A DNA stretch of 62,902 nt, counting the filler, from Globobulimina sp. (lineage: Eukaryota), in the NCBI GenBank assembly GCA_003354225.1. It is 38 parts of 38 records of this genome, joined end to end, with 100 filler letters (N's around TTAATTAATTAA, not from the genome) between each part and the next. Parts side by side here need not be neighbours in the genome. Positions count along the whole stretch, not along the records: positions 11,614 to 13,172 come from PIVH01014832.1; positions 13,273 to 14,831 come from PIVH01014833.1; positions 14,932 to 16,490 come from PIVH01014834.1; positions 16,591 to 18,149 come from PIVH01014835.1; positions 18,250 to 19,807 come from PIVH01014836.1; positions 19,908 to 21,465 come from PIVH01014837.1; positions 21,566 to 23,123 come from PIVH01014838.1; positions 23,224 to 24,781 come from PIVH01014839.1; 30 more parts are not named here. One strand, written 5' to 3'. This document shows positions 11,827 through 23,356 of this stretch, piece after piece (the first letter of the stretch is position 1; the number at the start of each line of letters is the position of its first letter). The notes under the pieces are model-generated. The model was not told where the DNA came from. It was given only the letters and a program-made list of their open reading frames with translations, and made no database searches. Both the position numbers and the translations under genes were made by a program.

Positions 11827-13172
11827 ATGGCAGAAGAAAAGAAAGTTGAGGTTGGATACAGTGACAAAGAACCATGGAATGATTGGGATTCTGAAATGCC
11901 ATCTTGTTCTCATTTGCCATGGCATCCAAAACATTAAAACACAACAAAAATGGCAAATCATCGACATTTAATTTCTACGACAACGACACCAATATCAGTT
12001 ACTTTCGCCAAGAACCATTTTTCCGATACATTTTCGGCTGCAACGAAGCAGATTTAATGGGCTTATATATTAGATTTAGCCAAACAAGAAATAATTTTAT
12101 TGGTCACGCCCTTACCGCTGGACGCCGAACGCTGGCAGGGACCACGCAAAACATTCTCTTATTATGAGAAAGAATATGCATTAAACGGAGCAGCAGCCGT
12201 ACAGCATTTGGATGTGATATTAAAACAAAGGAATATCAAATATTTATACTTATTGCATGGAGAAAACAGCGATTCCAACCTACTTACAACGACTACTGCG
12301 CACTTTGCCAATATTAAAGAATATGTGCTCGATTACACCTCTTTGTACGGCCTGTTATGCGAAGCTCGAGTCATTAAGACGCGCACTGAGATTGCCTTGA
12401 TGCGGCGCGCTTGTTTGGTCTCTTCGAAAGCGCACGTTTTTGTGATGCGGCATATCAAAGCAGCAATGACTGAGAGACAGTTGGAAGCACTGTTTAAAGG
12501 CTATACGTATTACTTTGGCGGCGCGCGACATCAGGCTTATGAATGTATTTGTGGCTCGGGCTCGAATGGCAGCATTTTGCATTATGGACATAGCGGATAT
12601 CCCAATGACAAAGTATTAGTGGATGGGGACACTTGTGTGCTGGATATGGGCGGTGAATATTTGGGCTATGCCACGGATATTACGTGCTCATATCCGGTGA
12701 ATGGCCGTTTTACTTTGAAGCAGAGCCTGATTCATAAGGCCGTGGTGGACGCAAATCGCACGGTTTGTAATGCGATGAAGGCCGGCGTGTTGTGGCCAGA
12801 CATGCATAGATTGTCTGAGCGGGTGTTGTTGAAACATTTATATTTGAATATGAAGATATTGAGGTATCCGCTGGTTGGAGTTAGAGGGAAGAGTTTGGAG
12901 GAGGTTGTTGATTATTTTATGAGTTTGTATGTGGCGTCGGTGTTTATGCCGCATGGTTTGGGACATTTGCTGGGGATCACTGTGCATGATGTTGGTGGCT
13001 TTAATGAGGAATATGGTGCTTCGGAGGAATTGGGTTTGTGCTGGTTGCGGACAACAAGGAAATTGCAAGAAGGCATGGTTATCACTGTGGAGCCAGGATT
13101 GTATTTTATGAGTCGTGGATAAAACAATAAAATGATGCAAAAATATCCAAAGGTGGAGGATTGCATAGATTT
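11827..13172 (+). pseudogene. PEPD: Xaa-Pro dipeptidase (prolidase) with frameshifts
   Basis: FRQEPFFRY, LHYGH, DMGGEY, DITCSYP, PHGLGH, VHDVGG and TVEPGLYF motifs. Frame breaks near 11903, 12068 and 13108. Confidence 0.8.
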
Positions 13173-13272
13173 NNNNNNNNNNNNNNNNNNNNNNNNNNNN
13201 NNNNNNNNNNNNNNNNTTAATTAATTAANNNNNNNNNNNNNNNNNNNNNNNNNNNNNNNNNNNNNNNNNNNN

Positions 13273-14831
13273 TGCACAGCTAACACCACTTAACAAAGGT
13301 GACATTTATACAGTAATTTCACATTGTTTAGATGGCAGTCTTGGACATGCAGCCAGATTCACGGCTATGCAAACAATGACATATTTTCCAAATGTTTATG
13401 ACAAAGAGATTTGCGCAGTGGAGAAAGAACGTGTTATGCGCATTACAATCGGTAATTGGTCATCAACCACCACCAGAGATAACCAATGTCATCAACCGAG
13501 AAACACACAGAATGGAGGAAGTCATTTATATGATACAAATCGATCAAGAAATCCACCTGAGGTTGGTTATACATGTCATACATGTCATAAAGCAGGTCAT
13601 TGGCGTTCAGAATGCCCAGAAGAACAATTGGACGAAGAACAACAACCATTAGAGAGACAGTCAGCCTGGTCAACTTCATATGTGGGACTGACAGAAGCTA
13701 AAAAGAAAGTTACAATAACAAAGAAAGAAATTGCTAACATCGAATGGGAACTTGTAAGTTGCAATGGTATTATAGGTGAAGGACCAACAAATTACCTTGA
13801 TTATTTGCATCAATTTGCCATGGCCACAGGACGTGCATATCCGATTGAAAATTGGGATAATTTGCCAACAGCCAAACCGAACTTGGTCCCCAATTCGAAT
13901 TATCCAGACTTGAAACTCGATAATGAGAACTGGATTTACTGGAGCGAGATAGGACGACAAGAGGACGAAAGGTATGCAGTAAATAAAAATAGAATTGTAA
14001 TAAGAGAGACTAAGATACAAATAGATAAATACAATGTAGAGATGGCGAGACTCAAGAATGAGGCTACGGGAACATCAACAGTAGAATTAGAATTTTCTAG
14101 TCGTTCAGTAGAGTCTAATGGTAACAAGAAGACTTACAAGTTTGCTTCTTCAGGGCCAGGAGTATGTACAGCCCGGTCGAATCGGTTGAATGAAAATACA
14201 CTAAATGCAACTGTGTTGACAGCATTGCCTGAGGGCGAAATTGATTCTGATTCCGTTATTGTGTTACAACCCATGGAATTAGCACTTTATGTACTCCGGC
14301 AGCGTGTCCCAGTATGCAAATTAGCCGCATTAGCCGACACTGGCTCTAGACTTACTATCGCACAAAAATCAGTTTGCCAAATTGCTCGCATTCCTATGTC
14401 CGAATTGCGTAGTTCCCATCACAAACAAATTGTTGGTCTTGGGGGTTCGATTGATATTTTGGGCAAAGTTGTAATGACTTTTTCTATTGGTGATATGGTA
14501 GTAGAACAAATAGTACATGTTATACCCGACGACCCTCGTGTGCCACTGGTCATATTGGGCATAGACTTTTTCCAACGTCATAAAGTCGGATTCGATTTTG
14601 CGGAATCAACTATGGCATTGTACGGGCAAAAGCATCCACTGGGACGATACAGAGTTAAAGGTACAGCAGTTAGTTATGCAGCTGCATGGCCAGAGATGCC
14701 AGGACTTCAACAAGATGAACAAGACAGTGAAGAAGAGTCCGATCGAATGTCATCACAGGACTTGCACAGCATCAACCAGATAAAGAAAAATGCTTTAAAA
14801 ATAAGCGATCAAAGAAAGAAACAAAAACAGC
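13273..14831 (+). mobile_element. LTR retrotransposon (Ty3/gypsy-like) gag-protease region
   Basis: Zinc knuckle CHTCHKAGHWRSEC; aspartic protease ALADTGS...ILGIDF. Confidence 0.8.
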
Positions 14832-14931
14832 NNNNNNNNNNNNNNNNNNNNNNNNNNNNNNNNNNNNNNNNNNNNTTAATTAATTAANNNNNNNNNNNNN
14901 NNNNNNNNNNNNNNNNNNNNNNNNNNNNNNN

Positions 14932-15153
14932 ACAAATACTTGCATATTGTGATGCATGTTGAATAGCTATTAATGTATTTTCTGGAACCTCGCAGCAACC
15001 TCCACGGTGTGCAATTAGTTGCCGGCTGTTTGACATAAGTTTACTTTTTTTGTCCAAACAAACATATTTTAGAGGATATCGTCGAAAGAAGAATGATGCA
15101 ATGCAGCACAATCCAAACGAAGTGAATATTGTGGTGTATGGTAAACTAGCCAT
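14932..15153 (-). CDS. Glycerophosphodiester phosphodiesterase GDPD1/3-like, N-terminus (3' partial)
   Basis: N-terminal TM helix, then IAHRGG..EVPENT. Confidence 0.85.
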
Positions 15154-15266
15154 GCTCAAACCGTCAAAGAGATTTTCTAGTCAAATCATACCAAATCATC
15201 AAATGCCAAATCATGAATGATACATCAAATGCCAATGTATCAAACAATCAAAAAAAAACCCATCAA

Positions 15267-16490
15267 TTAAGTGGGATGCGTCTCATTCTGCCAGCCTTCA
15301 TCTTTATCACTGTTATCATCATGACAGCCTTCATTATCAATTGCTTCCACAACATCTTCCATCAAAACATCCTGCACACCCACAGAGTTTCTCATCATTT
15401 GTTTGAATGGCTCAGCACTCCACGCGCTTGCTTCTATTCTCGTGTCTTTTGTGTTTACAGCGTTATCCGTAATTTGTGTGTTGACTGATGCAGCCACTTG
15501 CTTTTCCTTATTTAAATGTATTACATTTCTTAATCGCAACACCTCCCATCTTTGTTTCTGATATGAATGGTAAACAAAAAAAACACCACACATAATCACA
15601 GCGGTTACAACAGCAACAATCCCAATTATACCATACCGCATAAAATATGATGTGTCATCAACAACGTTAACAGGAACCTGCTCCTTTCCCCATTGCTCCT
15701 GTTTCAATTTAATCCATTGCTGAACCAATTTGTCAGGCTCTATCTGCAAATAAAAAGGAACCTTTAGTATTTTCAGGATGTTTCTATAATAATCATGTTC
15801 CTTCAACAATTTACCATGATCATTATCTTCGAGCTCTGAGCTTGATATGCTTGTAATCGCCACAGTACGCTCTGAACTTAATAGGTTTGCCTCAGTCCGC
15901 GTAGTCATATTAAACTTACGCGGCATGCCTGAAAAAGATAAAAGTGGCACGAGAGTTTTTTTATTCGTATTCGCATTCAATGCAACCTCCAATGGTTGTT
16001 TCTTGTTTTGTGTTGAATTTAATTTAAATTTTAATGCATTTAATTCTTGAGCCATAGCAGAAACCAGACCGCTTGTCTCATTTAATTGAAGTTGTAATGC
16101 ATTTGTTGTGTTTTTGAGTGCCTCGACACGCTCTTTATCTTTGCGTAATGCACGAAACCCACGGTTGTGTAAACTCACTTTATTCACTAGTCTCACTTTC
16201 CATAAGCTCTGCGGTGATTTGTCTTGTTCTGGTAAACAATAATGCTCTGTACGTGCGGAGAAAATAGATTCTTTTGTTCTTACATTCAGAAAAGAAACGA
16301 TTCGCCATAACATTTGCTGATCGTGAATACGAAATAAATGTAAATAATAATGACTTTGTTGCCATGATTTTTGCAATTCAGAATCAGGGTTCATTTGTTT
16401 TAACCAGTCTTTGTGAGTTCGGTCTAGTTCTTGATTTATAACTTTATAATCTCCTGAAACACGTTGTTGATAGTGACTTCCGTTGATAGT
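15267..16490 (-). CDS. Single-pass membrane protein with coiled coil (probably 5' partial)
   Basis: 375-aa ORF with hydrophobic GIIGIVAVVTAVIMCGVFFVY segment. Confidence 0.65.
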   Translation of the reverse strand, partial: TINGSHYQQRVSGDYKVINQELDRTHKDWLKQMNPDSELQKSWQQSHYYLHLFRIHDQQMLWRIVSFLNVRTKESIFSARTEHYCLPEQDKSPQSLWKVRLVNKVSLHNRGFRALRKDKERVEALKNTTNALQLQLNETSGLVSAMAQELNALKFKLNSTQNKKQPLEVALNANTNKKTLVPLLSFSGMPRKFNMTTRTEANLLSSERTVAITSISSSELEDNDHGKLLKEHDYYRNILKILKVPFYLQIEPDKLVQQWIKLKQEQWGKEQVPVNVVDDTSYFMRYGIIGIVAVVTAVIMCGVFFVYHSYQKQRWEVLRLRNVIHLNKEKQVAASVNTQITDNAVNTKDTRIEASAWSAEPFKQMMRNSVGVQDVLMEDVVEAIDNEGCHDDNSDKDEGWQNETHPT

Positions 16491-16648
16491 NNNNNNNNNN
16501 NNNNNNNNNNNNNNNNNNNNNNNNNNNNNNNNNNTTAATTAATTAANNNNNNNNNNNNNNNNNNNNNNNNNNNNNNNNNNNNNNNNNNNNCCCACCCCCC
16601 TACCACGAGAGCACCTATGCCCCCTATGGTATTATGCTATGAGGTTTA

Positions 16649-16734
16649 ACTTGATAGTAGTCTACTGACGAGGTCCCCTATCAAGTGTATTTAATTGTGA
16701 ATTGGGTCTAGTACTATAATGGACCGAAACCTAA
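16649..16734 (+). ncRNA. Non-circularly permuted hammerhead ribozyme, copy 1; predicted cleavage after C16708
   Basis: Core CTGACGA 16665-71 and GAAA 16726-29. Stem II GGTCC/GGACC. Stem III TTGGGT/ACCTAA. Stem I TAGTCTA/TAG(T)ACTA. Extra helix ACTTGATAG/CTATCAAGT. GUC triplet. Confidence 0.85.
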
Positions 16735-17169
16735 CCATATATTTATAATGTTATTTTTCTACATGTATGTATTTATTTATATTTATTTTTATTATTGCCT
16801 ATTGGAATAGTTTTGCTATGTTTTTATTATTACTATATTATTTATAGATTATATAATATAGATTTTGAATAGTTTATTAAAACTTTTAGTATGTTTTGTT
16901 AATGCATTATCATTTCGACAAGGCAAATATTGTATAGTTTCCAACTTTTTTGTACAAATTTCAGCATAAAATCTTATTCCCAGAATTAATTCTCTTTTTC
17001 CAAAAAACAATTCACTAAATATTTTCCACTTCTTGTGACCCCGAGTCCCGACCTTCGGAGGGGCCACTGTTGTCGTCACCACTGTCCCGTGTTTTTCTTT
17101 CTTTCTTCCTCTGTGCAGGCCATAGCTAGTTATAATTATCTACTGAGCCGATTTACTAAAAGTACTTTT

Positions 17170-17915
17170 TTTGTTTTTCAATCCGACCTCCGATCGCCCG
17201 AAAACAGGGAAATCGTCATACATTTTTACTGAGTAGACCGACCGGGCTGAAAATTTAATGGTAGTTAGGCGACGACATGCAGTTTAACTATTTAGCTTTC
17301 GGTTTTTTCACAATGAAATGATTACCGAATCTGGCGTGAGCTGCCAAATCTTCAAATTTTGGAATATCGACCCGATCGCTGAAAATCGACTTTTAATCCG
17401 TTAAAACTAGTTAAAAACGTTTTAGACCTATACGAGCGACGCGACATGTTCGGATCACGAAATCACCAAAATCGTGAGCCGTTTCGGCCGTGGGCTGACA
17501 AATCTTCGAATATCGACCCGATCGCCGAAAATCGACGTTTAATCCATTAAAATGAGTTAACAACGTTTTAGAACTATGCATACTACATAATGGGGTATAA
17601 ATAGGGAAGGACGTTTGTCGCGATCGTGGCAAAACGCTTTTAGTTTTTAACTAGGAATATCGCGATTTTTTCGATTTTATGCAGCGATTTTGCCCATTTT
17701 TTGCCGCAATTTGACACGATTTTGCCCATTTTTTTGCCGCGATAAACGCCCTTCCCTAGGTATAAATCACCAAAATCGCAGCTGTTTCGGCCGTGAGCTG
17801 TCAAATCTTCGAATTTCCTCGATTCTTTTGGGAATAAGATTTTATAGTGACATCCAACAAAATTTTTTGGAAAACCAAAATTAATTCTGCTAAATTTTGG
17901 GAATAAGATTTTATA
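17170..17915. repeat. Degenerate complex interspersed/tandem repeat region
   Basis: Recurring CGTG(A/G)GCTG(C/A/T)CAAATCTTC, ATATCGACCCGATCGC(T/C)GAAAATCGAC, CGATTTTGCCCATTTTTTGCCGC and TTTTGGGAATAAGATTTTATA blocks. Confidence 0.75.
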
Positions 17916-18737
17916 ACAAAATAGAACAAAAGATTTGAAGGTGCCATGCAAATGCATGGAGCCAAAAAAAGTAGGAAAAAAGTATTAAAGTAAAGTGAGA
18001 GTAAAGTGAGAGAACTCTTCGATTCTTCTTGGAATTAGATTTTATGGTGACATAGAGCCAAAACATTTTGAAAAATGTCCTTGTTTCTTTTGGGTATTAA
18101 ATTATTTTAGCTTAAATATGCAAATTCTTCCATAAATGGTTATAAAATTNNNNNNNNNNNNNNNNNNNNNNNNNNNNNNNNNNNNNNNNNNNNTTAATTA
18201 ATTAANNNNNNNNNNNNNNNNNNNNNNNNNNNNNNNNNNNNNNNNNNNNTTACACAATGCAATGCGACCATAATATGTGCAAGGATATGCATTAAAACTG
18301 TTTATAATTTCTCCTTGCACAAACTTCAAATCTTTTTCTTCTCCAACCTCAAATCTTTTCAGTATCATCGCGTCGTGCAGTTGGCAGTTGAAAAGTGTCC
18401 GCAGTTAATTACAACTCGCACAATTTATTAGGTATCGTTTTAATTACAACTTTATGCTGCGCACATTCGCAATGTATTGTTATTAGGATTTGATTTATGT
18501 GACATTAACATTTTTATGTTTATTAAATCTTTGTTCTGCTATTCTGTGATTCTGTGATTAAATAATGATGCTGTCGCCGTACTTGCTTATGTACATTATA
18601 CGTTTGATTAAAATGCAGTGCACCTATTAACAATTTAATTATACAAAATTAGAGATTTTTTGCTCCAAAACAAAAAATAAAAAAATACAAACAATTATTC
18701 ACAAACATTATGCAAACAAATACAAACAAAAATTAGT

Positions 18738-19807
18738 ATGGCAGCAGCAGCAGCCGCAGCCGTAGCCGTAGCGGTCGCACAAACAGCCACAGAAACATCC
18801 ACAGCCACAGCCACAGCAACAATAACAACCGTAAAAGTACAAGAAACCGCAGCCACAGCCACAGCAACAGCAACAGCAACACCCGCACCAGCGCCAACAT
18901 CGCAGGATGAAGATAATTTTTTACAATTATTACACGAATTGGCATTGAATGAGACAGAGCCACTATTTCACTCCAAATCTAAATGGCAGGATCTATGCAA
19001 AGTAGATAAATTTAGAAACGATATTCGATTTAAAATATTTAATTCTCCAAAATATTGTCAGATCGCACATGATCATTTTGAGAAATTCTGTTGGAACATC
19101 AATGATGAATTAATTGAACCAAAGAAGAAACTGAAACAATTATTAAAAAAAGAAAACTATACCATCTCACCAAACGATACCACTCCACAATTAATGAAAA
19201 TGTTTAGCAATAAAAACACATTCAATGACACGCATTTAAGGCTACTATTTAAAGAAATGATCGCTAAACAACAATATTTAAGTAATAAAAGGGGGCAAAT
19301 CATATCTCAAACACGTACACATTCGCATACACTACAAACACATACAACACATACACATACACCGCATACCACACATACTACGCATGTACACGCACTCACT
19401 GCGCATGCAACCACCACAAATAACAACAGCAACAGCCACAACCACAATAATAACAATAACAGCAACAGCAGAGGGAACCACGTGCACAAAAGTCATAGAA
19501 ACGAGAGACACAGAGACAGAGACAGTGAGAGAGAAAGAGAAAGAGAAAGAAACAGAGAGCATATTACTACCAACGCGGCTGGGAAGAAGGTGAAACTATC
19601 CTCATTTGATAGAATTGATAGAGAGAGGGACAGAGAGAGGGAGCGAAGAGGCAGAGATAGAAGGGATAGGGATAGGGATCGATCCAGATCCCGATCCCGA
19701 TCCAGAGAGAATAATAAATCATCGAGTAAATCCTATCCAACCTTACCGCCACCATTCCCACCGCCGCAAGCATACTTGGAAATGATGCACAGACATCACG
19801 AGAATTT
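18738..19807 (+). CDS. FF-domain-like protein with RD/RS-rich tail (PRP40/TCERG1-like; partial)
   Basis: FLQLL..SKWQD..DIRF..FEKF FF-like segment; Ala/Thr, His/Thr and RD/RS low-complexity tracts. Confidence 0.5.
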
Positions 19808-20096
19808 NNNNNNNNNNNNNNNNNNNNNNNNNNNNNNNNNNNNNNNNNNNNTTAATTAATTAANNNNNNNNNNNNNNNNNNNNNNNNNNNNNNNNNNNNN
19901 NNNNNNNTCGTTTGTTCATGTTCGATTGCAATTTGCAACCAAGATGTAAACCCTCAATACAGAAAGGGAGCACAGTCTATAAAGCAATAAAACTTTTAGT
20001 CAAATTTGTCATCACTGAACATATCGTCATCTCTGGCACACAATTCGTTTGTGTAACATCCAACAAATATTAAACAGAAACAGGAATAAAAACAGA

Positions 20097-21465
20097 ATGT
20101 CAGTCGTAGGCTTTGATCTAGGCACTGATTACTCAAAGATAGCAGTAGCATACAAGAAAAAAATCCAAGTCGTCCCCAACGAAATAACCAAATTAATAAC
20201 TCCATCCTTAACCGCATTTTCGCCAAAAGAGCGATCATTCGGCGATGTCGCAAAAACACAATGGGGCCGAAACTATAAAAATACAATCTCGCAAATGAAG
20301 AGATGGTTGGGCCGTAACGCAAACGATCCCAAATTGCAGCAAGAAGCCTCCTTTTGGTTACCCGGCATCACCACCGGCACCCTCGCCGACGGCCGATTTG
20401 GTATAAACGTCGACACTTCGCAGGGACAGTTATGCTTAGCACCCGAACAAATCTTATGCGGCTTACTGGGCCAATTGAAAAAAGTTAAGTGCACCGCTTG
20501 CGATTTTGCGAATTGCCATCCATACTCAAACCCATTTGATTTGCTTACACATAGTTTACGAGCACGTTTTTAAACGGCCTGAAAATCACCGACTGCGTCA
20601 TCGCCTGTCCCACCTTCTACGACGATGCACAGCGAAGAGCCTTATTAAACGCCGCAAAATTGGCCGAGTTAAAGGTATTGCGCCTATTGGAGGAGTCCAC
20701 CGCCATCGCTCTCAATTACGGCATCTTGCGCAATTTGCCTGAAAACGAAACGCAACGCGTCATCTTCGTCGACATCGGCTACGCCTCCACGCAGGTGGCC
20801 ATTGTGGATTTTGTGCGCGGCAAACTGTCGGTACGCTACAAGGCCTCCAACCCCTTCGTAGGTGGCCGCGACTTCGACAACGCGCTCTACCAAGTTTTCA
20901 GGAAGACATGGCAACAAAAACACAACACCGACGTGGACACTTTGCCCAAACAGAAATTGAAATTATTGCGCGCCTGCACCGCCATCAAGAAGTTGCTGAC
21001 CGGCAACCGCGACGCGCATTGGGTGCTCGACTGCTTCCACGACGTTAAGTACTGTACTGTGGCGGGCGAGGCCTGCACACAAATTCCGGAAAATTCTCAC
21101 CGAAAACGCTTGCTTTTGCATGTACTGTACATAGGATCACGACTTTCCATTAGAAATCCATCGGCACGAAATGGAGGAATCTGCCACCAAACTGGGCCTC
21201 TATGCGGCTATGTTGCAGCCTTTAATCGAGGCGCTCGACGCCACCAAAGCCGACAAGATCAAGATCCATTCGTGCGAGATCGTGGGCGGCCCCTCGCGCA
21301 TCATCTCCATCCAGACGGCAATGCTCGCTTTGGTGCAAAAGTACGAGCCAGACATCAAGAACTTGTCCACCACGCTCAACGGCGACGAGTGCGTGGCGAG
21401 AGGCTGTGCCTTAATGTGTGCGATGCTGTCGCCTAATTTCCGTGTCCGCGAGTTCCAAGTCCAAG
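20097..21465 (+). CDS. Hsp110/SSE-type Hsp70 family chaperone (3' partial); introns 20484-20554 and 21044-21134
   Basis: MSVVGFDLG, DCVIACPTFYDDAQRR, ALNYGI, GGRDFD and TTLNGDECVARGCAL..AMLSP. Both GT-AG introns restore the frame. Confidence 0.92.
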
Positions 21466-21767
21466 NNNNNNNNNNNNNNNNNNNNNNNNNNNNNNNNNNN
21501 NNNNNNNNNTTAATTAATTAANNNNNNNNNNNNNNNNNNNNNNNNNNNNNNNNNNNNNNNNNNNNTCAGTGGTGTTATTGATGTTGAAATTCCAATTCAA
21601 TTTATTCTAATTATAATACAAACATATTTTCTATTTCTAATATTAAATATTCGTCATTTGAGACTTATGTCCTTAAAACAATGTTTGTATAAACTTACGT
21701 TTGAACAAATTCTTAAAAACGTAGATTATATTATTCAAATAAGCTGAAACCTTTTCATCTATAAAAC

Positions 21768-22660
21768 ATGTCGACCACCCAACGTTTATCAGCCAGCAAA
21801 TTAAAAGAATTGGAAGCAAAGTTTGCTTCCATTTTGATTGTATCTTCTCTACTCTCAAAACGTGGAATAGCATCAACTATTTCAAATCTTAACAAACAAG
21901 TTTCTAAAATGTGTAATAATAAAGAATTGACTTTGACGGATTTACAAAGCATTCATAATATCATACCATCTCTTTGCTGGATTAAACCGGTTATACCAAC
22001 GGATGAAATACAAATTATTTATGATAATAACAACACAGCTGATGACAATAACGATTGCTATCAACTTACATTTTCTTTTCCAATCACACCCAATAATATT
22101 GGCATGTTACTGAATAAATTTAAAAAGGCAATCTCAAGCAAAAAGAGAAAATTCTCCCAAAATAACGAGAATTCCAACAAACATAAAAAAAAACGCAAAT
22201 TGAATGACGATATCGATATTGAATTGAATTTAAAAGCATTGCCTCCCAAAGATATCTCAAAAGCATCCAAGAAATTAAAACAAGTCAACTTTAATCCATT
22301 AACCTTCATCCAACAAAGCAAGAATTTTATATTTTGGTCTGATGGGAATATCGTATCACATAAATTATTACCATCAAAATTACCAAAATATGACACCTTA
22401 CAACTTACAAAAAACAACAACAACAACAACAATGCGCCAACACCCATTCGTATCACACAAATTCCATCCATTTTAATCTCAACTTATAACAGAAAGAAAA
22501 ACATTGACATTTTAAATAAATTATACTCGCATCAAAGCAGTGCAATTTCTTCCATTTGTAAGGGATATCACAACATCATAGCAACATCAACTGATAGTGG
22601 GAAGTCATTAATTTATAACGTTTGCGTGTTATCCTACATTTTGAACAATATAAAAACTAG
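21768..22660 (+). CDS. Hrq1/MrfA-like DEAH helicase, N-terminal part (truncated by chimeric junction)
   Basis: KLYSHQSSAI..IIATSTDSGKSLIY (Q motif and motif I). Confidence 0.7.
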
Positions 22661-22661
22661 C

Positions 22662-23123
22662 TCTTTCTTTAGGCTCTTAACGTTTCCTATTAAAGGGTGG
22701 TTCTACCTAGGCTCCCTTCGCTCCACGGACGTTACTCCGCTTCATCACTACTATGGGCCATCTGACTCCCTGCCTTAAAACCTTCTCAGGTTCCTCGCTT
22801 TTATACTTGTCACCTGATACTTCATCCTTGAAGAGCCGGCAGGGTCTCCCACGTTCATCTAATTACTTTAGTTGCATGCCATGCTCTCTGACTCCGGAGA
22901 TGCCTATCTCTTCTTCCCTGTATCGTTAAGATAGATATTGTCTTCGCATATGTTCCGAACATCTCGACCATCTCTCATAATCCCCATAACGGAGCTCTAT
23001 CACTTCAGCCTTCCGGCTTACGGCCTACAACCTCCCTGTCTACGCTTAGCCATAACTGTTACCAGTTACCACTCAAGACTCGGTAGTAATGTATTGGGTC
23101 TATACTTTTTACATGGATCTATC
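22662..23123 (-). mobile_element. Bacterial-type group II intron, 5' RNA domains I-III (partial)
   Basis: Minus strand has CCGAG..GGTAAC..AAGCGTAGACAG, GAACGTGGGAGACCC and GGAGTCAGATGGCCCATAGTAGTGATGAAGCGGAGTAACGTCCGTGGAGCGAAGGGAGCC, typical of DI to DIII. Confidence 0.85.
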
Positions 23124-23356
23124 NNNNNNNNNNNNNNNNNNNNNNNNNNNNNNNNNNNNNNNNNNNNTTAATTAATTAANNNNNNNNNNNNNNNNNNNNN
23201 NNNNNNNNNNNNNNNNNNNNNNNTATTTGTCCATGGCACTTATATTTGCTCGCCATAGCCTCATAATGGCCCCATCTATGCCACGTTATAAAGTAGAATG
23301 ACAAAAAAACACTGAAGATGATGATGATGAATTTCTCTTCGTTATATATTTAGATT

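Noticed and set aside
9955-14831. Clustering of RT, gag and other retroelements as one composite system
   Set aside because: They lie on separate contigs, adjacent only because of length sorting.
16641-16734. Conventional type III hammerhead using AGGUU at 16642-16646
   Set aside because: Needs a weak bulged stem I that conflicts with the 9-bp helix. The permuted fold gives a GUC site, better stems and matches copy 2.
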